A DNA stretch of 64,000 nt from an uncultured virus (IMG/VR IMGVR_UViG_3300012665_000858) (lineage: Duplodnaviria > Heunggongvirae > Uroviricota > Caudoviricetes). Both the position numbers and the translations under genes were made by a program. Under the pieces are notes generated by a model that saw only the letters and a program-made list of their open reading frames with translations, made no database searches and was not told the DNA's origin. This document shows, piece after piece, positions 1 through 10,655 of this stretch (the stretch's first letter is position 1; the number at the start of each line of letters is the position of its first letter). The stretch is taken from IMG/VR virus record IMGVR_UViG_3300012665_000858; one strand, written 5' to 3'.

Positions 1-391
1 TGCCACATACTGGACTTATTTGAATCAAGAACGTGCTGTAGAACCTAAGGAAGCTCGCCAGTTATACGAATACTTCAACTTGTGTTTTGAACAAGGCATC
101 ACTGTTGATGACGCATACTTGTTGGAGTTTGCGGCATTTACTAAAGAATACTTCGACGGCGACTTTGGACCCAATGGTCCGTTCTGGGATAAGGTTAAAA
201 TGTCTTACGAAGAATGGTACAAGAAGGCTAACCCAGACTCATACGCCGAATCAGGCTTACGTGGCTTTACTTCAGAAATGCGTACAGGTATTCCGTTCTT
301 GATTGCACAAGTTAAGAAGAGTACCAAATTATCTGTTCCTACTTACTCTGCTAACAACGGTTTTACTGTTGCTAAGAAAGACTTGTGGTAA
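1..391 (+). CDS. hypothetical protein, 5'-truncated by window edge
   Basis: Frame is open from base 2 to the TAA ending at 391; next ATG at 393. Confidence 0.7.
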   Translation, partial: ATYWTYLNQERAVEPKEARQLYEYFNLCFEQGITVDDAYLLEFAAFTKEYFDGDFGPNGPFWDKVKMSYEEWYKKANPDSYAESGLRGFTSEMRTGIPFLIAQVKKSTKLSVPTYSANNGFTVAKKDLW

Positions 392-392
392 T

Positions 393-863
393 ATGTCTAC
401 GCTACGTGATCCTAGTAAGGACAAACTTAAAAGTCAAAGCATCCTTAAGGAACAATATCGCCTACAATGTAAGTGTAAATTAGAAGATTGCGATAACGAT
501 ATCACTCTCTTCGATGGTCCGGGCAGTGATGGTTACTGCCGTGAGCATCAGTTACAACTCACAGAGTATGGCGGTATGGGTAAAGCAGATCGTCCTCATA
601 CTTTTTATCGTGGGTGGGTGTGCGAATGCTGTAAGTATGATCCGCGAGTTGATCCGCAATTTGACGACATCGAAGATCCATTCCATAAGTTGCGTTGTAT
701 GCGCGGTGTGATGCACGGAGACCACTTAGAACGTAAAAGCGATGGTGGTGCAGACGTTGCAGAAAATATCCAAACTCTTTGCTGTCGCTGTCATATGATT
801 AAAACTTATAAAGAAAAAGATTATCTTAAAGGAAATAAAGGAGAATCCGATGGAAGTAATTAA
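393..863 (+). CDS. HNH endonuclease-family protein
   Basis: HGDH...GGADVAENIQTLCCRCHMIKT HNH signature plus Cys pairs; start moved to ATG 393, just after the upstream stop. Confidence 0.8.
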   Translation: MSTLRDPSKDKLKSQSILKEQYRLQCKCKLEDCDNDITLFDGPGSDGYCREHQLQLTEYGGMGKADRPHTFYRGWVCECCKYDPRVDPQFDDIEDPFHKLRCMRGVMHGDHLERKSDGGADVAENIQTLCCRCHMIKTYKEKDYLKGNKGESDGSN

Positions 864-1095
864 CATCAACGACAAAAGCGAGCAACGTCGAAAAGCGAAT
901 ATGCTAGAAGTCATCGACGAAGTCCGTAAGCGCATCGAAGACGGCTCTATGGAAGAGTTTGTCATGGCCAGTATCGATAAAGAAGGTGAAGTAAATATCC
1001 ATGCCAGTGTAAAGGATCTTATCGGTGGTGTTGGATTATTTGAGATTGGCAAAAACATTCTTATTCAACAACAGACGATGATAGATTATGACTGA
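850..1095 (+). CDS. hypothetical protein
   Basis: 81 aa ORF, AGGAG SD, overlaps neighbours. Confidence 0.75.
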   Translation: MEVININDKSEQRRKANMLEVIDEVRKRIEDGSMEEFVMASIDKEGEVNIHASVKDLIGGVGLFEIGKNILIQQQTMIDYD

Positions 1096-1801
1096 ATTTA
1101 CTCCGTTAAATGAACGTGTATGGGCCGCCGAAAATGTACTGGCCATGGCTTGTGCTATTTTTAGAACTAAAGGATTTACCAGTGTTAGTTCTGTGGTCAG
1201 TTCGGACTTAGATTCTGAAGGCAGATGGAATAGTAAAGAGCATCTGTGTTATCAAATGGTGCCAGACTTAGATAAAGAATATAAAGTTCTTATTAAAGTC
1301 ACACAGGAAGACACAGACAATGCCGCGGCCATTATGCAATACTATCGAAGACTTACGTTTGGTGTGATTGCAGACAATCTCAGCGATTATATGCAACGAG
1401 TATTTTCCAGTACACAAAAGCCTGAAGTTAATTTCAAAGACTTTGGTATTTTGGCCAGTGTACCCAGTGTGTATTTTAAAGAAATGGAAAAGAAACGTAT
1501 AGTTACCGAATCCAAATCAGCCGTACAAGAACACATTGGTGTCATCGGCGGCAATATTTTGTTGAACATTCGATATATCAACACCAGATTTATTCAAAAA
1601 CTGAACTGCTATGCACATGATGCAATAACAGACACAGGACATTTGGTAAACTTTTTGAATAAATCAGCATTAGGTAAGACTGGTGAAACCCAAACTATAC
1701 GTGCCAAAGTCAAGGCACACGGTGTAAACTATATTACCCAAACAATTGAGACTCAATTGAATTATGTCAAACCAGTTGACAACGAGTTCATTTGGCAGTA
1801 A
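1088..1801 (+). CDS. hypothetical protein (probable paralog of 6923..7633)
   Basis: 237 aa; shares a YY...LSDY..RV...D.GI...P..Y pattern with the 6923 ORF. Confidence 0.75.
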   Translation: MTEFTPLNERVWAAENVLAMACAIFRTKGFTSVSSVVSSDLDSEGRWNSKEHLCYQMVPDLDKEYKVLIKVTQEDTDNAAAIMQYYRRLTFGVIADNLSDYMQRVFSSTQKPEVNFKDFGILASVPSVYFKEMEKKRIVTESKSAVQEHIGVIGGNILLNIRYINTRFIQKLNCYAHDAITDTGHLVNFLNKSALGKTGETQTIRAKVKAHGVNYITQTIETQLNYVKPVDNEFIWQ

Positions 1802-1804
1802 AAT
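1776..1804 (+). promoter_or_regulatory. sigma70-type promoter for DNA ligase
   Basis: TTGACA-17 nt-TAAAAT. Confidence 0.75.
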
Positions 1805-1833
1805 ATTACTAAGTTAAATTTTTAGGAGATACC

Positions 1834-3156
1834 GTGAGCGATCCTTGCCAATATGTTATTAGCACATTAGAAGACCATCCTAGTCGTTTAAACAAGGAAG
1901 CAATTATTCTTGCACAAGCAGAAGCAGGAAACAATGAATTTTTCGAAGGTTGTCGTCTGGCATTAGACTCGATGATTACCTTTGGCTTAAAACAAATACC
2001 GGAGAAAACAGATGAAGATGGCCCTGGCTTATCTTGGGATAACTTTACTCTCGCTATTACTGGCTTTGTCACTCGCAATGTCACCGGTAATACAGCGAGG
2101 GACATGATTCAAGCAATGATGAAAAGTGCCACTAAGGCACAGTGGAATGGTTGGTATCGACGTATCCTTATTAAAGACTTACGTTGCGGCGTAAGCGAAA
2201 AAACAATCAATAAAGTTGTGGAGAAGAAGTATGCTCACTATAATGTGCCTGTGTTTAGTTGCCAACTTGCTCATGATAGTGCTAACCATGAAAGCAAGGT
2301 TACGGGCAAAAAACTTATCGAAGTTAAACTCGACGGGGTGCGTGTTATTGCTATTGTCCGCACAGGCGGGAATGTTGACCTTTTTAGTCGTAACGGGAAA
2401 CAGTTGGATAATTTCCCGCACATTGTAGAACAGATCAGTGCAGTAGTTAAAAAGACTCCACCACCGTACGATCTAGTATTAGACGGTGAAGTAATGTCCA
2501 GCAGTTTTCAGGACTTAATGAAGCAAGTACATCGCAAGAGTGATGTACAGGCCAACGATGCGGTATTACATTTGTTTGATGTATTGAGTCTCGATGACTT
2601 CGAAGCAGGCATTTCCAATGAAAGTCAATCCAACCGTAGCGACAAACTGTACTACTGGCACAAAGTTAACAAGGATGCACTGCCAAACGTGGCGGTTGTA
2701 GGTCATGAACTAGTTGACTTGGATACAGACGAAGGCCAATTGCGTTACAAAGAAATTAATGCGGCGGCTATTGCTGGTGGATACGAAGGTATCATGCTTA
2801 AAAATCCAGATGCTCCTTACGAATGTAAGCGTAGCGTAGCATGGCTAAAGTTGAAGCCCTTTATTGAAGTTAGTCTTACTGTAGTAGACACAGAAGAAGG
2901 CACAGGCAAGAACGCAGGCAAACTTGGTGCGTTAGTGTGTGAAGGTGTTGACGACGGCAAGGACATTCGAGTAAATGTTGGCAGTGGTCTTACAGATGAG
3001 CAACGTGATGGATTTTGGCAGTTCAAACTTGACTGTGTTGGTATGGTTGCTGAGGTACGTGCCGATGCTATTACACAAAATCAAGACGGCACATACAGTT
3101 TGCGCTTTCCAAGATTCTTAAGATTTCGAGGCTTTGAGCCGGGTGAGAAGATTTAA
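1834..3156 (+). CDS. lig: ATP-dependent DNA ligase
   Basis: EVKLDGVR (motif I), LDGE, EGIMLK, WLKLKP, C-terminal SLRFPRF; GTG start with AGGAG SD. Confidence 0.95.
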   Translation: MSDPCQYVISTLEDHPSRLNKEAIILAQAEAGNNEFFEGCRLALDSMITFGLKQIPEKTDEDGPGLSWDNFTLAITGFVTRNVTGNTARDMIQAMMKSATKAQWNGWYRRILIKDLRCGVSEKTINKVVEKKYAHYNVPVFSCQLAHDSANHESKVTGKKLIEVKLDGVRVIAIVRTGGNVDLFSRNGKQLDNFPHIVEQISAVVKKTPPPYDLVLDGEVMSSSFQDLMKQVHRKSDVQANDAVLHLFDVLSLDDFEAGISNESQSNRSDKLYYWHKVNKDALPNVAVVGHELVDLDTDEGQLRYKEINAAAIAGGYEGIMLKNPDAPYECKRSVAWLKLKPFIEVSLTVVDTEEGTGKNAGKLGALVCEGVDDGKDIRVNVGSGLTDEQRDGFWQFKLDCVGMVAEVRADAITQNQDGTYSLRFPRFLRFRGFEPGEKI

Positions 3157-3371
3157 TGAACTCATGGATTTTAATTATCGCGATGTTTAGCCCTAGTGGC
3201 GACTTCATAGATAAACAAACTCTTGCATTCAACTCTAAAAAAGATTGTGAAGCAGTAAGAGTACAGTTGGTGCAATTAGATAACCCAATGCGTGTGAAGC
3301 ATAAAGGCTTATGCGTAACTAGAGACCACTGGGAAGGTAAGAAACAAATGCCAGGAGTAGCGTATGACTAA
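3156..3371 (+). CDS. hypothetical protein with hydrophobic N-terminus
   Basis: TAATG-coupled to the ligase. Confidence 0.65.
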   Translation: MNSWILIIAMFSPSGDFIDKQTLAFNSKKDCEAVRVQLVQLDNPMRVKHKGLCVTRDHWEGKKQMPGVAYD

Positions 3372-3618
3372 AGCAAAACACAAGCCGTATCAATGGATCG
3401 ATGGTGAAACTGCGGATCGTATTACAAGTTTAAATTTAAAAGACTATCGCTCCTACTTGAAAAAAGAATTAGTGCAGTGGAAGAAGAATCCTAAGACTGA
3501 AGATAATCCAGACGGACATTGGATGCACCCTGAAGACGTAAGCGGTAACATACGTAGAATCGAAGCATTGAATTTAATCATAAACGACTTTGTCGTAACA
3601 TCGGATGAGATAAAATGA
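3364..3618 (+). CDS. hypothetical protein
   Basis: 84 aa ORF, AGGAG SD. Confidence 0.7.
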   Translation: MTKAKHKPYQWIDGETADRITSLNLKDYRSYLKKELVQWKKNPKTEDNPDGHWMHPEDVSGNIRRIEALNLIINDFVVTSDEIK

Positions 3619-4106
3619 GTGAAGATCAAGAATTTACAGACTATAAAAAGTTTGCCGAACGTTTGGAGAAATCTTATCCAAAGATGTATGCTGGCAAATA
3701 CGGCGGCTTTGCTGTGGGCAAAGGTTGGTGGCCAATCATTGAAAGATTGAGTTCTAACATTCAGCAACATATTGAATGGGTAAACGGCAGTAGAGAACGA
3801 CTGCTGTTGAATAACGAGTATAATCACAAAATTCCAGATGAGTGTCCTCAAGTAGTTGTGGAGCAAATTAAAGAAAAGTTTGGCGGCTTGCGTTTCTACT
3901 ATCAAGGCGGTGATGACCAAATTCACGGCATGGTACGTATGGCAGAAGCATGGGCAGATGTCGCTTGCGAAGAATGTGGCGGTATCGGTAAGCGTCGCGG
4001 CGGTGGTTGGGTGCGTACATTATGTGATGTACACGAAGCAGAACATCAAAAACGACAGGCAGAACGTGAAGCAGAATACGCAAAACAAAACGGATTAGAG
4101 ATGTAG
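3615..4106 (+). CDS. hypothetical phage protein (QIKEKFGGLRFY motif, Cys-rich C-terminus)
   Basis: ATGA overlap; CEECG...LC zinc-like motif. Confidence 0.75.
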   Translation: MSEDQEFTDYKKFAERLEKSYPKMYAGKYGGFAVGKGWWPIIERLSSNIQQHIEWVNGSRERLLLNNEYNHKIPDECPQVVVEQIKEKFGGLRFYYQGGDDQIHGMVRMAEAWADVACEECGGIGKRRGGGWVRTLCDVHEAEHQKRQAEREAEYAKQNGLEM

Positions 4107-4116
4107 GAGAAATAAC

Positions 4117-4638
4117 ATGGCTAAAGTATATCGCATTACCCCATTAGAAAAGAAAAGCATTGTCTACCATGTAGAAATGTTCCGTGAGAACCCAGACGGC
4201 ACTATTAGTTGGTTTAATATCGACGAAACATATCGCTGGGGGCAGGGATTTATCGAAGAAGATATGGACTGTAACTTACCTTACGAAGGTGATAAAGTTG
4301 CATACTGTAAACCTGATGTAGGCTGGGGTTGTGAATTCGACGACACAGTTAGTTGCTGGTTTGAATTCAGTGACGACATGGACGAATTAGAAAAAGAAGC
4401 AATCGAATCAGCATATCACGAAGGCGGCGCTGGATGGTTGTTTGATGGGGATCACGATTGGCAGGAAGAAGACAGTGCTGTCGAAGTAATTGCGCCATTC
4501 CAAGTTAGTTTGTGCGAATCGGATGGTACTATTATTGTACCCGAAGTTAAATTAAAACCTAGACCCGATCCAAAAACAAGTTGGCCGTTTAGTCCAGAAT
4601 TCCCTAGACCCGACAGTGAAGGCGGAGATACGGATTAA
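4117..4638 (+). CDS. hypothetical acidic protein
   Basis: 173 aa ORF, AGGAG SD. Confidence 0.75.
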   Translation: MAKVYRITPLEKKSIVYHVEMFRENPDGTISWFNIDETYRWGQGFIEEDMDCNLPYEGDKVAYCKPDVGWGCEFDDTVSCWFEFSDDMDELEKEAIESAYHEGGAGWLFDGDHDWQEEDSAVEVIAPFQVSLCESDGTIIVPEVKLKPRPDPKTSWPFSPEFPRPDSEGGDTD

Positions 4639-5027
4639 TGGCCAGAACGCATACTCAATGGCCCGAACAAATACCTACTCCTGATGAATATACCAACGAC
4701 CCGGCTGGCCATTATAAGCATCGATACAATCTTATTGACGATAAGGTAGTCGAATTCAAAGAATTAATTGTCCATAGATTTAAAATGGGCGATGTGGAAG
4801 ATCCAGACTTGTATGCCGCACAACCGTTATGGGAATGGCAACAAAGTGAAACGGGCGCATGGGTTATGAGTCATGCTGTAGAAACTCCAGTTTGGCACAG
4901 ATATATGAATCCCGCGAGCTATCATACCGATTACGCTGTAAAGGCCAAACTAACTGCTCAAGATGCTACCTTTTTTATATTAAAGTGGGGCAATAGCATT
5001 GACAGAACCGGTACATATCAAGTATAA
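4638..5027 (+). CDS. hypothetical protein (C-terminal D..FF.L.W motif)
   Basis: TAATG coupling; C-terminus resembles the 9116 ORF. Confidence 0.7.
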   Translation: MARTHTQWPEQIPTPDEYTNDPAGHYKHRYNLIDDKVVEFKELIVHRFKMGDVEDPDLYAAQPLWEWQQSETGAWVMSHAVETPVWHRYMNPASYHTDYAVKAKLTAQDATFFILKWGNSIDRTGTYQV

Positions 5028-5028
5028 T
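4999..5028 (+). promoter_or_regulatory. sigma70-type promoter
   Basis: TTGACA-18 nt-TATAAT; ATG follows 6 nt later. Confidence 0.7.
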
Positions 5029-5034
5029 ACTATT

Positions 5035-5889
5035 ATGAAAATCAAACTTGTATCAGATCTCCATTTAGAGTTTTCGGACATCATGATCCCAAACGATCAA
5101 AACTATGATGTTTTGATTCTTGCTGGCGACATTATGATTGCTACGGATCTGCACGACCATCCTGAAACTAGTTACGGAATGTACTCCGATGTTAACTTAG
5201 AAGGTTTGGGTCGACGTCAGCGTACCGCACTTCGTTTTCGTGACTTTTTGAAGCGTTGCTCGTTCCAATTCCCACACGTTATCTATGTTGCTGGTAATCA
5301 TGAGTTTTATAACGGCAAGTGGACACAGAGTTTGACTACGTTGAGTAACGAGTGTGCTAAGTTCCCCAATGTGTACTTTTTAGAAGCGGGCAGTAAGAAA
5401 ATCGATGATGTAACATTCATCGGAGGCACATTGTGGACCGACATGAACAAAGGCGATCCGCTGACACTTCATGCTGTTCGTGACATGATGAACGACTTCC
5501 GTGTTATTAAAAAGGACTTGGAAGGGTATACTAACCTTAAGCCACACGACACAGTCATGCGCCATAAGCACATGCTGGGCTACATTAAAACTGTAGTGGC
5601 AGAACGCCCTGACGAAAAGTTTGTTGTGGTAGGACATCACAGTCCGAGTTTCCAAAGTGTCCATGAAGGATACAAGAGTGAAACACTGATGAATGGTGCT
5701 TACCACAGTGACTTGAGTGAGTTTATCTTGGATCGTCCGCAGATTAAACTTTGGGTGCATGGGCATACGCATCATCCATTCGATTACCGGATCGGTGAAA
5801 CACGAGTTGTTTGTAACCCACGTGGTTACGAATCAGATGGTTACAGCGAAGACAGTGGCTGGAACCCTAACATAGTATTGGAAGTATAA
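5035..5889 (+). CDS. calcineurin-like metallophosphoesterase
   Basis: SDLH, AGD, GNHE, GHH and HGHTH motifs. Confidence 0.9.
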   Translation: MKIKLVSDLHLEFSDIMIPNDQNYDVLILAGDIMIATDLHDHPETSYGMYSDVNLEGLGRRQRTALRFRDFLKRCSFQFPHVIYVAGNHEFYNGKWTQSLTTLSNECAKFPNVYFLEAGSKKIDDVTFIGGTLWTDMNKGDPLTLHAVRDMMNDFRVIKKDLEGYTNLKPHDTVMRHKHMLGYIKTVVAERPDEKFVVVGHHSPSFQSVHEGYKSETLMNGAYHSDLSEFILDRPQIKLWVHGHTHHPFDYRIGETRVVCNPRGYESDGYSEDSGWNPNIVLEV

Positions 5890-6335
5890 TGAAAATTGGG
5901 CTTAGTTATAGTCGGTGTATTCGCGATATCGTAGACGGCGTTGTAGATATCGATGATGTATTAGTTATTATTGCTCGCACGGACTTTGATCCGCATAATG
6001 ACGAGCAGTGGGCTGGCATTTGGGAAGGGTATGCGGGCGGATCTGCTCCACAGTCAATGCGTGGACTTTTTGGAGGTTCTAATCCAGAATGGTATGGCTA
6101 CAAAGACGAAGATGAAGATCGTTTCCGCAGTATAAGTATCGAACTTTGGGAACAAGGCAAGTTCCATCAGCCACGTAAGTTTGGTGCATACCCTACTCGT
6201 CGTCCGGAAATTTGGTTAGAAGCAGTATTGCCCAGCAGTGAATTGGAACACAATCCAGCCGCTAAAGCCGCATGGGACAAGTTCCAAACTATTGCGGGTC
6301 TTACTAATGTAGAGTTGGATGACAAATACAAATGA
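5889..6335 (+). CDS. hypothetical protein
   Basis: 148 aa, translationally coupled. Confidence 0.75.
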   Translation: MKIGLSYSRCIRDIVDGVVDIDDVLVIIARTDFDPHNDEQWAGIWEGYAGGSAPQSMRGLFGGSNPEWYGYKDEDEDRFRSISIELWEQGKFHQPRKFGAYPTRRPEIWLEAVLPSSELEHNPAAKAAWDKFQTIAGLTNVELDDKYK

Positions 6336-6700
6336 TTAAAGGTCTAATGGGAAGCACCAACGTTGTTGTCAGTGGCGGCAATACTTCAGTGCCTTATGTA
6401 AGTCAAAACAATACTAACCCTATGCAAGGTATGATTCGTGTTTGGGGTTCGGATATGCAGGTGTTTGATGGTAGTGCATGGACAACTATGAGTACCAGTT
6501 ATGCCACTGTAAGTTTAGATCAAGACACACAAGACTTGCTACAGTGGGCGAGGGCACAACGTACTATGGCTATGAATAGACTGACTCTTGCTCAAAACAA
6601 TCCTGCACTGATGAAAGCACTAGAGGCAGTCAAGCGAGCAGAAGAAAACTTTGAATTATTATCAACCATTGCCGGAGAATACGAGCATGTCGAACGTTAA
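6332..6700 (+). CDS. hypothetical protein
   Basis: 122 aa, ATGA overlap. Confidence 0.7.
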   Translation: MIKGLMGSTNVVVSGGNTSVPYVSQNNTNPMQGMIRVWGSDMQVFDGSAWTTMSTSYATVSLDQDTQDLLQWARAQRTMAMNRLTLAQNNPALMKALEAVKRAEENFELLSTIAGEYEHVER

Positions 6701-6923
6701 AACTAGATACGAATCCAAGTGTATTGTCACACAAGACTCCACGGGTAAAAGTGCAGAAGCAGAAGTAATGGCGTTCAACGAAGGACGTAACCTAACTGTG
6801 GTTATGAATAAGAGTGTTAAACTGCTTATGAACTGGAATGGCAGATGCTACGAAGGTCGTATGGCTGGTTTAGATTTTGTCAGCAACGGTCCAAAAGGAC
6901 AACAATATACAGAAGGTAGATAA
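6687..6923 (+). CDS. hypothetical protein
   Basis: ATG 6687 preceded by GGAG SD. Confidence 0.7.
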   Translation: MSNVKTRYESKCIVTQDSTGKSAEAEVMAFNEGRNLTVVMNKSVKLLMNWNGRCYEGRMAGLDFVSNGPKGQQYTEGR

Positions 6924-7633
6924 TGAGTGCTATATTCGACGATTTGGATAGTGTGTTCAACGCAACTTTTAAAGAAAAAGAAGTAGAATTTAAACAAGAT
7001 CCGCTAGTACTGGCCGTAGCATTAAAAGACATAATGTCTTCTAATCCGGGCAGTTATTATTCACTAGAAGATCCCCGAGTGTCAGAAAGTATCACTGACG
7101 ATACCAAAACACTGGCAGAGCAAATTAGAAAATACTATGGTAAGAAATACTTTTGGAGTAATCTTTCCAGCAATAGATCACTGAGTGATTATAGAGGAAG
7201 AGTCTGCTACCTTTTAGAAAATCGTATTCATACCTGTAAAGATAAAGACGCAGGTATATATTATAAACTTCCTTATTTTTACGATGAAGATATGATATAC
7301 GACGAATTTAAAAAACAATATAATACCACAGATGTGCCACGTATACTCCACGGTGGCACTACTCCTGTTAAGAAATGTCTAACTTTGAAATACCTAAAAG
7401 CCACATCGAGCAGACAGCAAAAGCGTAATCTTAATAGATTTTGGTTCACCGATGACCATTACTTATACAATATCGAAGTGACCAGCGACAACCCACTGTT
7501 GGATTTATTCAAACAATTAGTTGTCGAAAAAGCCACAATTAAGTTCGATACCTATTATAATGTTGATAGGATCGATCAAATGTATTTTTACAAACTTTAT
7601 AACTTCTCATTAGCAAAGGAAACAAATGCCTAA
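6923..7633 (+). CDS. hypothetical protein (probable paralog of 1088..1801)
   Basis: 236 aa; shared motifs with the 1088 ORF. Confidence 0.75.
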   Translation: MSAIFDDLDSVFNATFKEKEVEFKQDPLVLAVALKDIMSSNPGSYYSLEDPRVSESITDDTKTLAEQIRKYYGKKYFWSNLSSNRSLSDYRGRVCYLLENRIHTCKDKDAGIYYKLPYFYDEDMIYDEFKKQYNTTDVPRILHGGTTPVKKCLTLKYLKATSSRQQKRNLNRFWFTDDHYLYNIEVTSDNPLLDLFKQLVVEKATIKFDTYYNVDRIDQMYFYKLYNFSLAKETNA

Positions 7634-8249
7634 TTTAGTACCAATGGTGGTAGAGTCCACCAACAAAGGCGAACGTGCCTACGACATTTATAGCCGGCTC
7701 CTAAAAGACCGTGTTATCATGTTAGACACGGATGTAAATGAACACAGTGCCAGCATCATCGTTGCTCAGTTGTTGTTCCTGGAAAGCGAAAACAGCGAAA
7801 AGGATATTAGTTTGTTTATTAACAGTCCTGGCGGTAGTGTTACTGCTGGCTTGGCTATCTACGACACCATGCAGTTTATTAAACCCGATGTTGCCACCTA
7901 TGTAGTTGGGCAAGCGGCTAGTATGGGTTCGTTCTTGGCATCAGCAGGAGCCAAAGGTAAAAGATTCGTTCTGCCAGAATCACGTACAATGATCCATCGT
8001 GTCAGTTCAGGCACGCCTGGCACACGTGGTAGCGTACACGTACAAGAACTTCAGTTTGAAGATTCAAAACGTGCCTACGAAGAAAGTCAGCGTATTAACA
8101 AGCGTCTTACAGAATTGTATGTCAAACACAATACTGCTGGCAAGACCTATGACGAAATGTTTGGCGATATGAAATTCGATACGTTCTTAAGCGCACAACA
8201 GGCCGTCGAGTATGGACTTGCTGACAAAGTTATCGAGAAGCGTGAATGA
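7626..8249 (+). CDS. clpP: ATP-dependent Clp protease proteolytic subunit
   Basis: [25 protein letters not shown] (catalytic Ser), MIH (catalytic His), YGLADKV. Confidence 0.96.
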   Translation: MPNLVPMVVESTNKGERAYDIYSRLLKDRVIMLDTDVNEHSASIIVAQLLFLESENSEKDISLFINSPGGSVTAGLAIYDTMQFIKPDVATYVVGQAASMGSFLASAGAKGKRFVLPESRTMIHRVSSGTPGTRGSVHVQELQFEDSKRAYEESQRINKRLTELYVKHNTAGKTYDEMFGDMKFDTFLSAQQAVEYGLADKVIEKRE

Positions 8250-8809
8250 CCAACTACGTAGATCACACTGGTCTGTTTGAAAAGTATGATTTTAGTTCTG
8301 TAATTACAAAACAGGATCAAGAGGATGCAGTAAAACGCATCACCGACATTGTAAATTCTGGACAGTACTTTAAAAATAGTCCCAAGTATCAAACACAGGT
8401 TAACTTGTTTGGTACTGTTGATCCGCTGTGGATGAAGTTTAGAATGAGTTTCATCTTTAGTGTGTTTATGTATTTGGGCAAAGAAGTAACGATTAATCAG
8501 TTAATGGCTTGGAGTTTCATGACTAACAATGAAATTACCGAAGACAGAGATAATCTTTGGCACACGCACCATTACACTCCTGGGAAAACTACTATATCAG
8601 GCATTTGGTATTTAAAGATACCCACCGATGCAGACTATAAGTCGAGTGGTACAGAGTTTGCTCCCAATGGAGTGGATCAAGCAGAACGTTTAACAATAGC
8701 GCCAGAGGAAGGCCACTGGCTAATTTATCCTGGCAAGGTGTATCATCGTCCTACTGCTCCCCAGAGCAAAGACTATCGATATGTGCTTGCCGCAGATTTG
8801 GAGTTTTAA
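8246..8809 (+). CDS. putative 2OG-Fe(II) oxygenase / cupin-fold protein
   Basis: WHTHH...SGIWY...LIYPGKVYH...RYVLA pattern. Confidence 0.65.
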   Translation: MTNYVDHTGLFEKYDFSSVITKQDQEDAVKRITDIVNSGQYFKNSPKYQTQVNLFGTVDPLWMKFRMSFIFSVFMYLGKEVTINQLMAWSFMTNNEITEDRDNLWHTHHYTPGKTTISGIWYLKIPTDADYKSSGTEFAPNGVDQAERLTIAPEEGHWLIYPGKVYHRPTAPQSKDYRYVLAADLEF

Positions 8810-8810
8810 T

Positions 8811-9116
8811 ATGACACAAGTATCAGATTTAGTAGAGTTTCAAAGTGACTGGTATGTGACAGCCACTGAAGAAGAACGCAAGACATTTCGAGATTGGTTA
8901 ATCGGTGTGTTGCGTATGCACGAAACAGTTGAAGTAACATTCAAGAAAACAGACGGAACTATCCGAGAAATGAAATGCACTTTGAAAGAAGGCATTTGCC
9001 CCACAGTTGAAAATCCAAAAACATCAGATACACTCTGCACAGTTTGGGATAACGTAATGGGTAACTGGCGAAGTTTCAAATTTGAAAATATACAAAAAAT
9101 AAACTTCATGTTGTAA
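8811..9116 (+). CDS. WYL-like / SH3-fold phage protein
   Basis: VTFKKTDGTIREMKCTL...VWD....WRSF pattern. Confidence 0.7.
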   Translation: MTQVSDLVEFQSDWYVTATEEERKTFRDWLIGVLRMHETVEVTFKKTDGTIREMKCTLKEGICPTVENPKTSDTLCTVWDNVMGNWRSFKFENIQKINFML

Positions 9117-9406
9117 TGAAGCCACAGTTCCGATTCGATAAACGAGACGGATATTGGACTGTTGATGTGTACTTTGTTACTAACAGCGACCAACTAGATA
9201 TGTTCTCAGATTGGGGCGGTTTTGAAGAACCGTTTAATGAAGAGACGTACCAGTCAATGACCAAATGGTGCTACAATACATTTAAAACTTACATTTGGCC
9301 CAAACGAGCCCGAAGAATGAGTTACAATCATTTTTGGTTTAAGAATAAAAAGGATTTGGATTGGTTTGTTCTGTATTGGAGCGGGGTTGACATTTCGGAA
9401 GAGTGA
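9116..9406 (+). CDS. hypothetical protein
   Basis: TAATG coupling; ends KDLDWFVLYWS. Confidence 0.7.
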   Translation: MKPQFRFDKRDGYWTVDVYFVTNSDQLDMFSDWGGFEEPFNEETYQSMTKWCYNTFKTYIWPKRARRMSYNHFWFKNKKDLDWFVLYWSGVDISEE

Positions 9407-9415
9407 CTATATAAT
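9387..9415 (+). promoter_or_regulatory. sigma70-type promoter
   Basis: TTGACA-17 nt-TATAAT, perfect consensus. Confidence 0.85.
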
Positions 9416-9446
9416 ATGTTTATTAAGTTAATTAACAGGAGCAAAA

Positions 9447-10655
9447 ATGGCGACTAAACCAGCAACCAAAACTCGTATAACCAAAAAGCAGGTAACCGCA
9501 CACCGCACTCGTGCAGTCAAGGACCACAGCCCAGTTTGGGAAGGTTGCGAAACGTGGGATGAAGATACATTCCATCGTCATTTTAAACGCTCGATGGATT
9601 ACTATCGTTTGGAAAGCGATATTAAAACTTACAAGCCCACAGTGGTTAAATGGATGACTGACGTTGGCTGTGCCAAAGCAGACATTGCCGCTTTTAAGAA
9701 AGTTAAAGATAGTCGCATCGGAACTACAATGGGTGCAGTGGCCGCATGTTTGAATCGCGGTATGACACCACAACGTGCAGACTTTAACAAAGGACGAGAC
9801 ACTGCCGCTTGGTTGCGAGCAGAGATTGTCAAAGTTCTTAACGAAGGTAAAGACGACATCGATCCAGAAACACTGGCCGCTGAAAAAGAAGCCGCTAAAA
9901 AGGATGTATATACTCCTAGTATCCAGGAACGTCTGCGTGAAGTTGCATTGGGTATGACTGAAGAAATTGAAAAGGCTTATGAGTCCTTTCAAACTGATCC
10001 AGAAAACTTTGATCCAAAAGCATTTAAAGTGCTTAACTTGTTGAAGAGTCAGCAAGCCAAAGCCGCACACGCTCGCATCATCAAAGAGTTTTACGCTCGC
10101 GATTTGGCAGAGTTAGAAGAGCTGGCCAGCGGTAAAGGCTGTGAGCAGTTGCGTGAAGGCTACAGTCATCGTAGCAAAAAGCAAATTAAGAACTTTATCC
10201 AGTTTTTGACTGAAGTTAAAACTGCCTGTGAAATGCTTGCTCAAGAAGCCAAAGTTAATCGTGCTCCACGTGCTAAGAAAGCAGTGAGTGTTGATAAACT
10301 TGTTGCTAAACTCAAGTACAAGAAAACCGACGAGCCATTGAAGTTGGTTAGTATTAGTCCTGCTGACATTATTGGTAGCAAGGAGTTGTGGGTTTATAAC
10401 ACCAAGAGCCGTAAGTTAGGCAAGTATGTGGCCAACGAGTACATGGACTTGGGTGTTAAAGGCACTACAATTACCGGCTTTAACGAAAGTCTCAGCGTAA
10501 TGAAAACTGTACGCAAGCCAGAGGAAAAGATGAAAGAGTTCAAAGCCGCTGGTAAGGTACAGTTGCGTAAGTTCTTAGACGAGATTAATGCCACAGAGGC
10601 TCGTATGAACGGACGTATTAACGAAGAGATTGTGTTGCTTAAAGCAACATCTTAA
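9447..10655 (+). CDS. hypothetical basic phage protein
   Basis: 402 aa, AGGAG SD, own promoter. Confidence 0.85.
   Translation: MATKPATKTRITKKQVTAHRTRAVKDHSPVWEGCETWDEDTFHRHFKRSMDYYRLESDIKTYKPTVVKWMTDVGCAKADIAAFKKVKDSRIGTTMGAVAACLNRGMTPQRADFNKGRDTAAWLRAEIVKVLNEGKDDIDPETLAAEKEAAKKDVYTPSIQERLREVALGMTEEIEKAYESFQTDPENFDPKAFKVLNLLKSQQAKAAHARIIKEFYARDLAELEELASGKGCEQLREGYSHRSKKQIKNFIQFLTEVKTACEMLAQEAKVNRAPRAKKAVSVDKLVAKLKYKKTDEPLKLVSISPADIIGSKELWVYNTKSRKLGKYVANEYMDLGVKGTTITGFNESLSVMKTVRKPEEKMKEFKAAGKVQLRKFLDEINATEARMNGRINEEIVLLKATS

Noticed and set aside
393..863. HNH gene as a mobile intron-borne homing element
   Set aside because: Free-standing, tightly packed with neighbours, no interrupted host gene visible
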